Source: Chiloscyllium plagiosum (taxonomy: Eukaryota). Taken from it: a DNA stretch of 64,000 nucleotides. A program made the position numbers and the translations under genes. This document shows, piece after piece, positions 38,030-50,857 of the stretch. Each line of letters begins with the position of its first letter. Position 1 is the first letter of the stretch. A model generated the notes under the pieces. It was not told the DNA's origin. It saw only the letters and a program-made list of their open reading frames with translations, and ran no database searches. The stretch is from positions 24,467,465 to 24,531,464 of the forward strand of contig NC_057719.1 in NCBI RefSeq assembly GCF_004010195.1, read 5' to 3'.

Positions 38030-38332
38030 TACAGCACAAGAACATGCCCTTTTGCCCACCAATTTCTATTTCTTATTTAGACCAGTGACTTATTGTCATG
38101 CGCAGTATCTACCCTTCTGTTCACTTTACGTTCATGAGTTTATCAAGATACACTTTAAACATTGCCAACGTGCCTGCTTCCACCACTCCAGTGGCAATGT
38201 GTTCCAGGCACCTACCACCCTCTGTGTGAAAATCCTTACATGCAATCCTCCCCTAAATTTTCCCCATCTCACCTTGAACCTGTGTCCTCTTGTAGTTGAC
38301 CTTTCCACCTTGGGAAAAAGCCTCTGGCTATC
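38030..38332 (-). mobile_element. CR1 LINE 3' fragment
   Basis: TRGHRFKVRWGKF...FTQRVVGAWNTLP. Confidence 0.85.
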
Positions 38333-39444
38333 ACTAACATATCCTGCTCTGCTGGGTTTGTTTACACCGCTCTCCAATAGAATGTGGATTTTATGTTTGG
38401 TGTCCTTACAAAATAATAATTTATTCTCTATTGGACACAACTGTCCAGAGAATTATTTTTATGACAAAAATAGTTTTATAGAAAACTTTTAAAGAAAAAA
38501 TTCTTAATTTTCAGCAATCATAAACAATGGAAAGAAAGCAAAGAAAGACCAACATTTATATCATACTTTGAATAACCATCTTCCATAAGAATACATGCAA
38601 ATAGGAGAAAAATATAGCCACATTACTTACCTTTCTATGTTGCAGACAGACAATCTCTCTCGTTCATGAGTACACATTTTGACAAGTAGATATCTTTGGA
38701 AGGGTCAACATTTGTTGACACTACTACACACTTCTTGAGAGGTCTTGAGACATGCTGATGTTCTTAATGGATTGACACTCGTTGATTAATCTTGACAGCA
38801 AGTAATTTCATCGTTGGCAGGAAAACTAAAACTGCAACCACTTTCACATTAACTTGGGAACAACAGCAATTATCAATGGGGAAGGAAGCATACCGTCAGA
38901 GAACTAAAATAGGATGAGAATAATTTTAAATGCTCATTAAAATGAAATGTCTATTTGTATCTATTAATACCTATTTATTGTATTATGATCCATCATTGTA
39001 GAATGCTTATCATGCATTCATTTTCCTTTTACATTTTATCTCTTTAGATTTAATATTACATGATGAAATATATTGGAATTATTCCAACATTTGAGTGTGT
39101 ATTCCAGCAAGACTGAGTTTTGCAGTTTGTTCTACAAGCCAAATGCAAAGTTATACAGTTGCCTGAAGACATAAGATGTGATTTAACTATAGTTCCATGT
39201 TGTGTCTTAGCTGACATAACTGCAGTAATTTATTTGGAATTTTTTTTAAGGATTGGTTGACACAAGTTGCAATGACCTTCATTTATGTCTGAATTTTTTA
39301 TATGTATCTAGTCCAAATTGATATTTTCTCTTTAATATTTAAAATGGCCAAAAGTGAATCAGGTAGTAATCCTCAGCCCGCGGAATGTTAGGAATACAGG
39401 ATTTAGGAATGAGAGAGGGCAATTCAGCCCTTCAATTCTGCTTG

Positions 39445-39960
39445 GAGACAAAAAAAAACTGCAGATGCAGGAATCCAATGTAGGTGGCAAGAGGCTGGAG
39501 GAACACTGCAGACCAGGCAGCATCAGGAGGTGGAGAAGTTGACATTTTGGGTGTAACCCTTCTTCAGGACTCGGGGTGGGTGTAGGGGGAGCTGCAGATA
39601 ATGGGGTGACGGGGGCAGGATGTTGAAGTGGTGTTAAGTGAAGACAGGCAGAGGGTACGACTTGGTTGGTCAATGGGAGGAATGAATCCAGTAGGTGGCT
39701 GGAAGGAGTGGAAAGGAGGGAGAATGGCTGGGAAGGGAGTCAGGGGAGAGGAAGGGAGGTTACTTGAAATTGGAGAACTCAATGTTGAGTCCTTCAAGTT
39801 GTAGGCTGCACAGGTGGAAGATGAAGTGTTTTTCCTCCAAATTGTGGCTTGGTTCATTGAGGCAATGCCGGAGACCAAGGATGGTCATGTTGGGAAGGGA
39901 GTGGGATGGGGAATTAAAATGAGTGATGACCGGGAGGTCCAGCTGGGCTTGCAGGCACAA
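39445..39960 (-). mobile_element. Penelope-like element 3' end (GIY-YIG C-terminus plus terminal repeat)
   Basis: HFNSPSHSLPNMTILGL...LEEKHFIFHLCSLQLEGLNIEF; decayed CTGAAGAAGGGTTACACCCAAAA hammerhead-like motif. Confidence 0.8.
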
Positions 39961-39964
39961 ATGT

Positions 39965-40488
39965 GGCAGACTGGGATAACGCACATTTTGGAAGCTCAAT
40001 TTGGCTGTAACATCGCTGAAGAATTAGAGAACAGTATTTTTGAGAATGCTTGCCTCTGTTTACACTACTGCAATTTGGTCTGCATACTTCTTTCTGCGCA
40101 TGCGCCAAAACCTCCGCGTTGTTCTGCTCAAGCGCGATGTCAGCACCAGTCTTTGTGCTGTTCTGCACGTGCGCCATGTCAGCTGCTGACAGAGCAGCTT
40201 TCTGTGAGGTACTGTATGAGAGCAGCTTTCTTATACTTTTTAAATGTATTGCGTTATATATACTTTGTTTCATTGATAAATATGAGTTCAACCCTCATTC
40301 AGGCTGTGCTATACATCGTGTTAGACTTTTGGGAGATTTTTGAGGGATTTTTTTGCTGGTCTGCCCCAACCCCACTTTTCCCATAGGTCCCATTATTTAT
40401 TTATTAATATTATTTATATTAAGCTAGTTTTTATTAAGTGAGGTTTCACTGGAACACAACTATGGTTTTATGGGAGAATTACCTGTAA
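39965..40488. mobile_element. DNA-transposon-derived MITE-like fragment
   Basis: CpG-richer island ending ...GGAGAATTACCTG-TA; style resembles the other Tigger-like MITEs. Confidence 0.35.
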
Positions 40489-40994
40489 TTTTATCCCTAT
40501 TTTTCAGGTTGCAATGGACTGAAGCTCCGACTACTCTGCAGATGGAATGAAATCAACAGCTGGGTCAGCAGGAGAGATCATCAGCTGAAATTTCTCTAAT
40601 TTGCTTTGTATTCCTGGAATTATTTGGATGTCAGCAGAATACCCAAGTCTAGATCAATATAATGGTCAAAATGAATCCCACAGAAGATATTTAAGACTGA
40701 GAATTGTCCCAAAACACCACAAAACATTTAAGGTAGCCTCAATAAAACTGGCCATCTGTTGAAAGGGACAACAAAGATCTCTACAACTTGGTCAAATGTT
40801 AATTATATTCTTCTCTCTAGTGATGCTGCCTAACCTTTTTGATGTCTCCAGCATTTCCTGTTCTTATTTTCGATGTCTAGTATCTAACAGTCTTTGCTTC
40901 ATTTTTAGTTTACAATTCTGAGAATAGGTTACGCAACTATTTGATGATCAAATGCTGGGTCTTACTAGTATTAGCTGGTGTTAATTGCCTTTAG

Positions 40995-41230
40995 GAACAT
41001 GAGAACAGGAGAAGACCATTCAGCCCCTCGAGCCTGCTCCACTTCTCAATAAGATCATGGCTGAGCTTTGGTCTAACTTCATATGTCTATCTTGGACCCA
41101 TATCCCTTGATACTCTTGCTTAATATATTCTTTTCTCTATCTCAGATTTATAATTAACAAATGAATTAGCATTGACTGCCATTTGAGGAATAGAGTTCCA
41201 AACTTTCACTACTCTTTGTATGTACAAGTG
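40995..41230 (-). mobile_element. CR1 LINE 3' fragment
   Basis: AACAGGAGAAGACCATTCAGCCCCTCGAGCCTGCTCC...AAGATCATGGCTGA is the reverse of a CR1 3'UTR. Confidence 0.75.
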
Positions 41231-41683
41231 CTATGTTCCTGATGCTCCTACATAGGGCAGTTATGATGGCTCTGTGGACTCTTTAAGTACATTGATAGTT
41301 ACCCTCCCTATGGGCCAGAAGGTCTAGGTTCAAAACCCATCTGCTCCAGAGATGTGTCATTATATATCTGAACATGTTGAGTCAAATATCTACAATAGTT
41401 CTGAATTGAAATATTTTCACTGACAGAAAAGCCAAACAACATTTCCTCCATAATTATGATCAAAGCAAACTTTAAGAAAATTTTGGAAAGCAAAAATGTT
41501 GTAAAAATAATGGGATGCACTCCTTTGACTTGAGTTAATTATTTATAAAAGAGTAAATTGCCTTGATATCTGTGGTAATGTGATTGTATTTCCTCATTTC
41601 ATTTCTGTTATTGATAAATCTGATTGATTAGATACATACAGTTTCTAAAAGCAGAAGGAATAACTAAAGGTCATTAGCCAACT

Positions 41684-41913
41684 GGGAATCGGATTAGCTC
41701 AGTTGGCTGGATTGTTGGTTTACAAAGCAGTGTGACGCTAACAGCGGGGGTTCAATTCCCGTCACTGGTTTGAGGTTACCATGAAGGACTCTCCTTTCTC
41801 AACCTCTTCCCTTACCTGAGGTCTGGTGGCTCTCAGGTTAAAGCACAATTTGTCACTTCTCTCTAATGAGAGAGCAGCCTCTATGGTCTGGTAAGACTAT
41901 GGCGACATAACAA
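41684..41913 (+). mobile_element. tRNA-derived SINE (not HE1) with 12-bp TSD
   Basis: A box TAGCTCAGTTGG, B box GGTTCAATTCC; TSD CATTAGCCAACT at 41672-41683 and 41914-41925. Confidence 0.85.
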
Positions 41914-42354
41914 CATTAGCCAACTCACTTCACCTTAAGAGATTTACTCCATCGTTAAAAATAGATAACAGAAAGTGTCCTTGAAATTAAAACACTAACC
42001 AGTTGTTTGAATGAATTGACTACAGAAATGTCAGGCAGAATATATGAACAAATGACCCCTCAGTTGTTGTAAATATGGGTACCACCCTCCCTTGGTATGT
42101 GCCTGTAACAGCTGCATAACAAATGGTGCCACCAACCCAAATAGTGATAGGAATTCATCTGGACTAAGTGATTGAAGCATATTACACAAAACAATGCATA
42201 AATATGTTATTTAGCAACACAGAGCTTAAACACTATTAAATCAAATAATTCAAATTAAAATGAATTTTTAAAAATTAAAAATTTAGAAAACCCAAAATTA
42301 AAATAAAATTTTGTTTCATCTATCACTCCATAACAGTGTGCTATGGCAGTTTGT

Positions 42355-43128
42355 CAATAGACAATAGACAATAGGTGCAGGAGTAGGCCATTCTGCCCTT
42401 CAAGCCTGCACCACCATTCAATATGATCATGGCTGATCATCCTTAATCAGTATCCTGTTCCTGCCTTATCTCCATATCCCTTGATTCCACAATCCTTGAG
42501 AGCTCTATCCAACTCTTTCTTAAATGAATCCAGCGACTGGGCCTCCACTGCCCTTGGGCCAGAGCATTCCACACAGCCACTACTCTCTGGGTGAAGAAGT
42601 TTCTCCTCATCTCTGTCCTAAATGGTCTACCCCGTATTTTTAAGCTGTGTCCTCTGGTTCGGCACTCACCCATCAGCGGAAACATGTTTCCTGCCTCCAG
42701 AGTGTCCAATCCTTTAATAATCTTATATGTCTCAATCAGATCCCCTCTCAGCCTTCTAAACTCAAGGGTATACAAGCCCAGTCACTCTTTCAGTGTAAGG
42801 TAATCCCGCCATTCCAGGAATTGACCTCGTGAACCTACGCTGCACTCCCTCAATAGCAAGAATGTCTTTCCTCAAATTTGGAGACCAGAACTGCACACAG
42901 TACTCCAGGTATGGTCTCACCAGGGCCCTGTACAGCTGCAGAAGAACCTCTTTGCTTCTATACTCAATCCTTCTTGTTATGAAGGCCAGCATGCTATTAG
43001 CCTTCTTCACTACCTGCTGTTCCTGCATGCTTACCTTCATTGACTGGTGTTCAAGAACACCCAGATCTCTCTGTACTGCCCCTTTACCTAAATTGATTCC
43101 ATTTAGGTAGTAATCTGCCTTCTTGTCC
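42355..43128 (-). mobile_element. Young CR1 LINE 3' portion
   Basis: LYRALVRPYLEYCVQFWSP, RLRGDLIETYKI, FFTQRVV; tail (CAATAGA)n. Confidence 0.92.
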
Positions 43129-44019
43129 TTTCAATTAATTGATTATCTCAAACATTACATATGCTATCATATGCCACACATTTCCTAAAATACTCATTTA
43201 TATTGAACCCTTGTAATGGTGCTTTACTTAGTTAGATAAATGCTTACTCAAATCTACTTTAATGTACACTGACTCATACAGGGTTATTTCATTATGTTGC
43301 AGATCAATCAGAGCTTGTCTAGACTGCTGGTAAATTCAACTGGATATTATGCAGTTATACTTCCCCATTATTTTATGCACAGCTAAATAGTTCAGTATTG
43401 ATATAGATTTTTCTACTTAATGTCATTTAACAAATACATTTACAAAAATGCAATTGTTAAGTGCTATCTTCATGTGGCCTGGGAGTATTCTTCATTGCCT
43501 GAGTGCATGATGTGTTGAATTTGTTTGTAACCTTTTTTCTAGTAGTAAAGTATTTGTTGGCATTTGAGAAAATGGGTGGCAATATGGAAATGTACTTCAA
43601 AATTTATTTTTCAACCTAACTGAGTTGTTTGGATAATTTCACTAATTTCACTCTTCTAACAAAAGCCAGGCTAGAAGTTCCCATGGGTCAGAAAATTAGT
43701 TCTCCAGTTTTGTCACTCTATTTCCTATTCTATATTTTCTTTGAGCTTGAATCTCACCTGAGATTAAGAGATTGGCGAATGCATCTCCACAAAACCAGCG
43801 TGGTTCATAGAGCAGTATCTTATATTTGTGCCAGACAGAATATCAATTCAGATGCTTATTGGACTATAAATCTCAATGTTGTGACAGTAATTTCAGTTTC
43901 TTCACAGAGCAGTAAAAATTACAAGTATTACTATAGTTGAGTTCACTCAATTTATATCTAGGATGGGGGGGAGGGGGGTCTTTTGAAGGGCTGGACAAGG
44001 TCTGTATCCATTGGAGTGC

Positions 44020-44645
44020 AGAAGAGGTCACCTTAACGAGTCATAAGATCCTGAGAAGACTTGACAACACAGACACTGAAAAGATGCTTCCCCTTGTGGG
44101 TAAGACTAGAACTATGGGACAGTTTAAAAACAAGTGTCTCCCATTTAAAGTGGTGAGGAGGAGGAGTCTCTGTACATGAAGGATTGTTAGTCTGTAGAAC
44201 ACTCTAGTCCAGAGAGCAGTGGAGGCAGAGAAATTATATATCAAATATTTTCAGGTCAAAAGTCGCACGACAGCAGGTTAAGGTCCAACAGGTTTACTTG
44301 AAGTCACAAACTTTCAGGGTGCTGCTTCGTCAAGTGAAGTCCCTTCATCACTTCAACTAACAACAGAGCAGTGGTCTGAAAGCTTGTGATTTTGAATAAA
44401 CCCATTGAACTATAAGCTGGTGTTGTATGACTTCTGACCTTCCCACTCCAGTCCAACACCAGCACCTCCACATCATGGCTACCATTAAATATTTTTACGG
44501 TAGAAATTTATAACTGATAGGGTATAGGTATTGGTTATAGGGTAGGTGGAAATGTGAATTCAATGCCAGAACAAGATTAGCCATGATCTTAGTGAGTGGT
44601 AGAGCAAGTTTGAGGGTCTTAATGGGATAGTCCTGCTCTTAATTT
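44020..44645 (+). mobile_element. Old CR1 3' fragment interrupted by a PLE fold-back element
   Basis: KILRRLD...KTRTMGQFK; 3'UTR GATTAGCCATGATCTT. Confidence 0.7.
44252..44486. mobile_element. Fold-back PLE terminal-repeat element with 9-bp TSD
   Basis: TSD AAATATTTT at 44243-44251 and 44487-44495; inverted arms; same family as 1138-1625. Confidence 0.7.
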
Positions 44646-45405
44646 GTACAACTATATCTTACATCAGTTGTTAAATTAACATCCTAGAAGCTACAGTTCA
44701 ATACAATCAATAGACAACAACAAGAACTCATTCATATGCTGCCTTTAACATAGTAAAGCATCCAAAGGGTCAGTGAAACAGATCATAACTCCAAATCACT
44801 TAAGGATGTATTGAACTTTAATGTACAACATGCATTTTACAAAAAAAAGACATACAAACCAAAAGATGACTGAGAATATAAATTCAGTGGCTGTCTAAAA
44901 TTCCTGTGTGGATTAAACTGGATCATGAGAAGAATCATAGGAATGTTCCACCTGATAGTCTAAAGCAAACTTCAGATACCAACATGTCAAAGGGAGAAAT
45001 ACCATTCAAAAAAATGAATGGTAGGAAAGGAGGTTAAATCTAACTGCGACTTTTGATCTCTATGTGCTAGTATGCTGGAGAACTGACGTGCTAAGGGGAT
45101 GTATGGTTCAAGTTCCATTGTTCTAACACTGCCATAGCTGAGAGATTCCACCAGAAATCCATGTGCACAGGTAAAAAGGAATAAAGTCTCTTTCTGATTG
45201 CTGAAAGTAAATTGGCACAATCACAGTGAAGAAAACTAGACAAACTCCCTTCACCTAACTGCAGAACCAAAAATCGTCAAATAACTGCTCAACTGCCAAA
45301 GTCAGCACTACTGGAATCACACAATTTAATTGCGTACGTGTACACGACTTGTGATGAACAACACAAAGATTGATTCACGTATTCACTTTAAACATATATC
45401 TTTTC

Positions 45406-45423
45406 GTGTGTGTGTGTGTGTGT
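45406..45423 (+). repeat. (GT)n microsatellite
   Basis: Run of GT dinucleotides. Confidence 0.9.
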
Positions 45424-45922
45424 CTTACGTTGCATTATCTTTTCTTATGTTTGCTCTTTAATGTAAGGAAGCCTGGTTAAATCAACTCCTTTTAAAGTAT
45501 AAATACATTTTGGCTGGAAAAATGGCATCCATGAGGAACTTCACCTGACTGTGACCAATCTCGAGGAGGACTGAATAACAAATGAGAATGCAGGAGCACA
45601 GGCATTTGGCCACATCCCACCCGGAATCATAAACAACTGGGAACGCTCACCCAGGGACCTGTTGTAACAAATTACAGAAGCATATCTGGAATTGGACTCA
45701 CAATGAAACTAATGAAGCAGACTGTGGGAAATAAATTGAAAGAATCTTTAAAAACTGCACCAAGGTTTCCTAAGTCTGTACTACTGAAGGACAGAAAACT
45801 CAACATTGAATGCCAATGCTTTCCAAGGACAATTAGGGGAAATTACTTTTGAAAATTCGAAGGTTCTGTCCTTGAACATTTAATGATTTTTGCATGGCAC
45901 TTGGGATTAGAATTTCACCGAA

Positions 45923-48453
45923 GAGATCCAAGATGGCAGCGACTCAGCAAGTCTGAGTCTATAGTGCTCCTCCCAAGACCTAGGCAAAGTGGGCCACCCT
46001 CCTCCACCACACTCACCAAATCGATTAAAAATAGCTTTTACTTAACGTAATTAGTGGTTCAGTACTAAATTTCAACAGTTCAGTCTCCAGTAAAAATGAC
46101 TAGGGGGAAAGGAGCCCGCAGCTCTCAGCAGGCAGGAACCCCTCCCCCACCCTCCCCAGCTGCAGCAGAGGCGTCCGCAGCCACCCCGGGGGACTTACCC
46201 ACTGTGGCGAGCCTCGTGGAAATAATCTCCAAACTCGATGCGAAGATCGATGCTTTCATTGAAGAGTCCCGAAGTCGATGGAATTCATTTTTGGCCGCGC
46301 TACAAAAGCACGGCCGAGACATCGAAAAAATTGAATGCCAAGTCGGAGGGGTGGAGCTAAAGGCCGCGACCTCTGAGGCCATTGCAGAATTGGCTGTGGA
46401 TCGGGTCCGGACTCTCGAGCAGCAAGTCCGGACCTTAGAGAATCACATTGATGACCTCGTGAATCGAGGTCGTTGAAAAAATATTCATTTGTTGGGCCTT
46501 CCCAAAAGGGAAGAAGGAGGCCAGCTTACAAGGTTCCTTGAAAAGTGGCTTCCACAGCTTTTAAATCTGGAGGCTGGATCAGGCCAGGTAAGGTGGAATG
46601 GGCTTATCGGGTTGCAATATGCGAGCCCAGCTTGAACCAGCGTCCCCGCCCGGTCCTGTTCCGGCTGCAGAGCTATAAGGTGAGGCAGATGCTCTTGGAA
46701 GCCTCTAGAAATCTTGGGAAAGATCCCCAAGCCTTATAAAGGATCCAAGATTATGTTATTTCAGGGCTTTTCCCCAGCTTTGGTCCAAAAGAGGAAGGCG
46801 TTTGATGAAGCGAAGAAGCGTTTAAGGGACTTAAACATTCAATATTCCTTGCGCTACCCAGCTATACTACGCTTAAGCCACGAAGGGTCTGTGTATAACT
46901 TCGGATCACCGGAGAAGGTCAAGGAACTTTTGGACTCTCTTAGATAAATTATAAGAGTTAATTGATGTTGTTTTGCCCTACCCCCACCCCGGTTTACCCC
47001 CCTTTTTTTTTCCTTTCATTACCTTACTGTTTAATATTATCTCCGGGGGGTGGGAAGAAGGGTTTATTTATTCATCCTTTACTTAGCGATTTTCTTTCCC
47101 CCTTTTTTTATATATATATATAGGCCAGGGGATCTAGTTAATGTAGATGGGGGGAAAGTGGCTATCTTATCTTATTTTATCTTTGTCCTTGGGAGCGGGG
47201 TTGTTTTCCCCTGTTATTTTGTATTAATATATTTAATTATTATTTGTTGAGACTGTAATTTTATAGTCATATATGTTCATATATGGTATTAACATTACCA
47301 AATATATCCAGGTGTTGGTGTGGGTGGGGGTGGATAGGGTACTCACTGTTAGTTCTAGTTCAGTAGTATACTTGAATTTTCTTTATCCTATTGTGGGGTA
47401 CCTGGGTCAAGGGTGGGGCACTGGTTGGGAGAGGCTATGATGGGTTTTTTTTGGAAAGGAAGTGATGCCCCCCGGGAATAAGGGGGAAGATCTCAGTTTA
47501 AATACATTTTATACCTTTTTTTACTATTTAGAAATAGTTTTTTATTATATTGATCTGAATGTACTAAAGAGCTTTTATTTTTGTGTATTTTATATGCTCT
47601 ATGCTCGGGATGTTTTGGATAGAGTTTCTTCTCCCGGAGGGTCTCGGACTTGCCCGGTGATTATGGATGATCGGTTGATTAAATGGTGTGCCTGGAATGT
47701 CATGGGGAGTAATTCACCAATCAAAAGGAGGAGAATACTATCAAACCTCAAGAAAGAGAGGATCGATATAGCTCTCCTATAGGAGACACATTTATTGGAT
47801 AAAAGAATACCTGAAATTACGACAGGAAAGAAATTATTTTCAGTTCTCTCTTTCTGTGCAGGGAAAAACATTTTGGTAAACTGGGTGGCTGAGGGCCCTT
47901 ATGGACTTTTGAGTCAGCACAGAATAATTATGGAATATACTCCCCCTGACTTCCTTATGAATATGATGCACCAGGAGAAAAAGCCAAATTATTCCATAAA
48001 AATATGGCAGCCCTTCTTGAATTACACAAATACAGATATCTCGGTCATCCTACAAGGGCCTTTATTTAATTGAGAGGGTGAACCTGGCTGGTCCAGGGCC
48101 CCCTGGGAGAGGAATCCCACATGAATACAGGTTTTGTTGTGATCTGATGTTAACACATTTCGAGCATGTATATCACTGCTCAATTTATGTGTTATCCATT
48201 GGGTTTTTTTTTCTCTTGAATAATGTAAGAATTTTAATGATACACTCTGGTTAGTTGTAAGTTAGATGAGTAGTTAGTTGAGGTTTGTCTTTTTTTTTCT
48301 CTTGGTATTTCTATTTTCTTGTTTAATAGATTTTGGTTATAATTTGTTTAAGATTTAACTGTATATCAATGTTTATACTTGGGTTTTTTTTTAGTTTTCT
48401 TTTGTAAAAGTAAAAACATGTTAAATTTTCAATAAAAATATCTATAAAAAAAA
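45923..48453 (+). mobile_element. Non-autonomous L1 with ORF2 internally deleted; complete insertion with poly(A) and TSD
   Basis: TSD AGAATTTCACCGAA at 45909-45922 and 48454-48467; 5' GAGATCCAAGATGGC; AATAAA at 48431 then an A run; ORF1 relic; ORF2 N- and C-termini fused. Confidence 0.92.
46096..46947 (+). pseudogene. L1 ORF1p with premature stop and frameshifts
   Basis: MTRGKGARSSQQAG...DDLVNRGR*KNIHLLGLP...QKRKAFDEAKK..LRYPAILR; paralog of 16721-17605. Confidence 0.85.
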
Positions 48454-48763
48454 AGAATTTCACCGAAAAGCCTGAAATTTTAAATGGTATGACCGACTCT
48501 CTGTAGATGGAAATGAAGCTTGAAGAAATGGACAGAGTAGTGGTAGAGAGATTTAAACTGAAGCAGTGAAATTTTGAATTTCAAGAAAAGGAAGGAGACG
48601 CACAGAGAGATAAAGAAAGAGAGGAAAGGGAGAGGGAGGAACAGGGAAGTGCATGGAGAGGAAAACAAGAATTTCAAGATAGAGAGAAGGAAAGAGTGCC
48701 TATACTAAAAGAGTTCGAGCTGAGGGACAGGAATCCACCAGTGCTCCAACTTAATTGCTAAAG

Positions 48764-48903
48764 CAGGGGAAAGTGAGGACTGCAGATGCTGAAGGCCAGA
48801 GTCGAAAAGTTGATGCAGGGCATATGCCCAAAATGTTGACTCTCCTGCTCCTCGGATGTTGAATGACCTGCTGTGGCTTTTCCAGTACCACACCTTTTGA
48901 CTG
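48764..48903. mobile_element. Inverted-join PLE-derived short element with 13-bp TSD
   Basis: TSD TTAATTGCTAAAG at 48751-48763 and 48904-48916. Confidence 0.8.
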
Positions 48904-50857
48904 TTAATTGCTAAAGTTACCCAGTTTGCCCATTTAATCTCTAGGATTGAGGAAGCAGTGTTGGAAGCCTTCTTTCAAATGACAGGTAAAATAGCCAGTC
49001 CAATATTGGTCCTTATTACTGTATAGTAAACTTGCAGGGAAAGAAATATTTACAAGCTTAAGAGGCTATCACAAGGTTTTTGCCTTCGTGCCAGAGGTAA
49101 ATGTCATTGACTGTGGTAATGAAAAGTGCTATTCCAAACAAGTGCCAGTTAGTGCCAGGCATGTATCATCAGAAATTTACTATCCTCAGGAAATGGCTTG
49201 ATCAGACCTAACTTGAATTTGAAAGTCCTAAGGAGCTTGCTTCAACCAGTGGTGTAGTCACCCGAATCAAAAGACAATTAAAAAATCATCTAGAAAATAA
49301 GTCTTCTTGAGGAGTTTAAAAACTCGAGACACTTCCTGAAAAGCACACACCTATAAAAATACAGATTAATGAGTATCAGGCAGCTAGCCACCTTGGTTGA
49401 CGATTATGAGGTAATCCAAAAACCCCTGTTCTAGAAGAGACTCTTCCATAGTCGCCCACAACCACTGGCAACAGTAATAGGAGATTGAATACATATGGGA
49501 GAGAGGGAAATGCTGCCTTCTTATATGCCTTCATTATTTCTTGATTCATACTTTGCCCGACAGTGAGACAAATCTTCAGGGCCTTTGGACAGCTCTTATC
49601 CATGATTTCTTTCTCTGGCTATTCCTTATTTTCACCCAACCTGATTCCATATCATAATTTATTGCATGTACATCACTACTCACCACCACACAGATACATT
49701 CCTATATTGACACAGGTACACCACATTCATTTCCTTTTTCTCTATTCTTCTGGCTTGACGAATACCCTTGGGTATTGAGTATCCTATTTTGGTCACCCTG
49801 CAATCATATCTCCACAATAACATGCAAGCCATAATTATATATTTCCATTTGTGGCATCAAATCATCTATCTTGTTATAAGTGCTGGGTGCATTCAGGTAA
49901 AGAACCTGAAGCTTGACATTTCATTATTATTCCTTCTGCTGATTCTAATTTCTGCTGCACTCTATGTATATTTTCTATGCCTTTCTGTCATACTTTGATT
50001 CTCATTTTCCTCTTCACTACTCCGAATATACTCTCTCATTTCTTGTTGATTTTTAAAATTTTATTTCAATCAGACCCTCCCCCCCTCCCACACCACTGCC
50101 ACCAACAAAGCCCTATCTATAACCCAAGAGTCACCAGAACTCTAATCCTAAAATGGTTCAAATGAACCCTATCTCAGTGGAACAGCTCTTTGTTTCCCCA
50201 GCGCTGCTGCCAGTGCCCCATGAATCAAAACTCTATTTCAACGACACCAATCTTTGAGCAATGCATTTACTTCTCTCTTATTATTTACCCTCTGCCAATT
50301 TGCAAGTAGTTCAGTAGTCCAGTGCAACAGACTCAGAAATGCCTGACACCTTTCAAGAGGCTGAAGGCAGATATGCTTGCAGGTCTGAATTTTGACCAAA
50401 CATTCGAAGTAGCCATCAATACAAGCAACATCAGAGTAGGGGCTGCTCTCCTCCAGTAACACAATCTTGGGATATTCCAGACAATGCAATTTATGAACTT
50501 GGAAATGGCCATTTCAAAAACAAAATGCTATATATTATTTTTAATAACATCTTGACTTTCACATGCAATATCTACTATGATCACAGCAAATGGAAAATTA
50601 ATTCTGTAGAGTCACTCTGAATCCCTAAAATATATTATCATGTTTTCCAAATCTGTTATAAGCTGTAATGTAGTTTAAAAATAATTGCTCACTTTATAAA
50701 AGTAAAGGTTGCAAATCTTTTGTTTGATCTCTCAATTTCTACAAAGACGTATCACAAATTATAAAGCTTGTGTTGTTACTTATATATGAATTTCAATTTT
50801 TCCATAACAATCACTTCAGCTGCAAACTCTTGTGCATCATCAAACATAATTAAAGCG

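Larger units (their letters stand above)
45230..49450 (+). mobile_element. Decayed Gypsy (Gmr1-like, SCAN-gag) LTR element relic hosting nested insertions
   Basis: LTR-like 45230-45670; gag relic 48470-49450 with KSAI...LVPGMYHQKFTILRK...LLEEFKN, like SCAN-gag YELVPEAYRQKFR...LLEEFK. Confidence 0.55.

Noticed and set aside
39814..40386. 190-aa ORF
   Set aside because: Runs across an antisense PLE fragment and a MITE-like insert, with no recognisable domain
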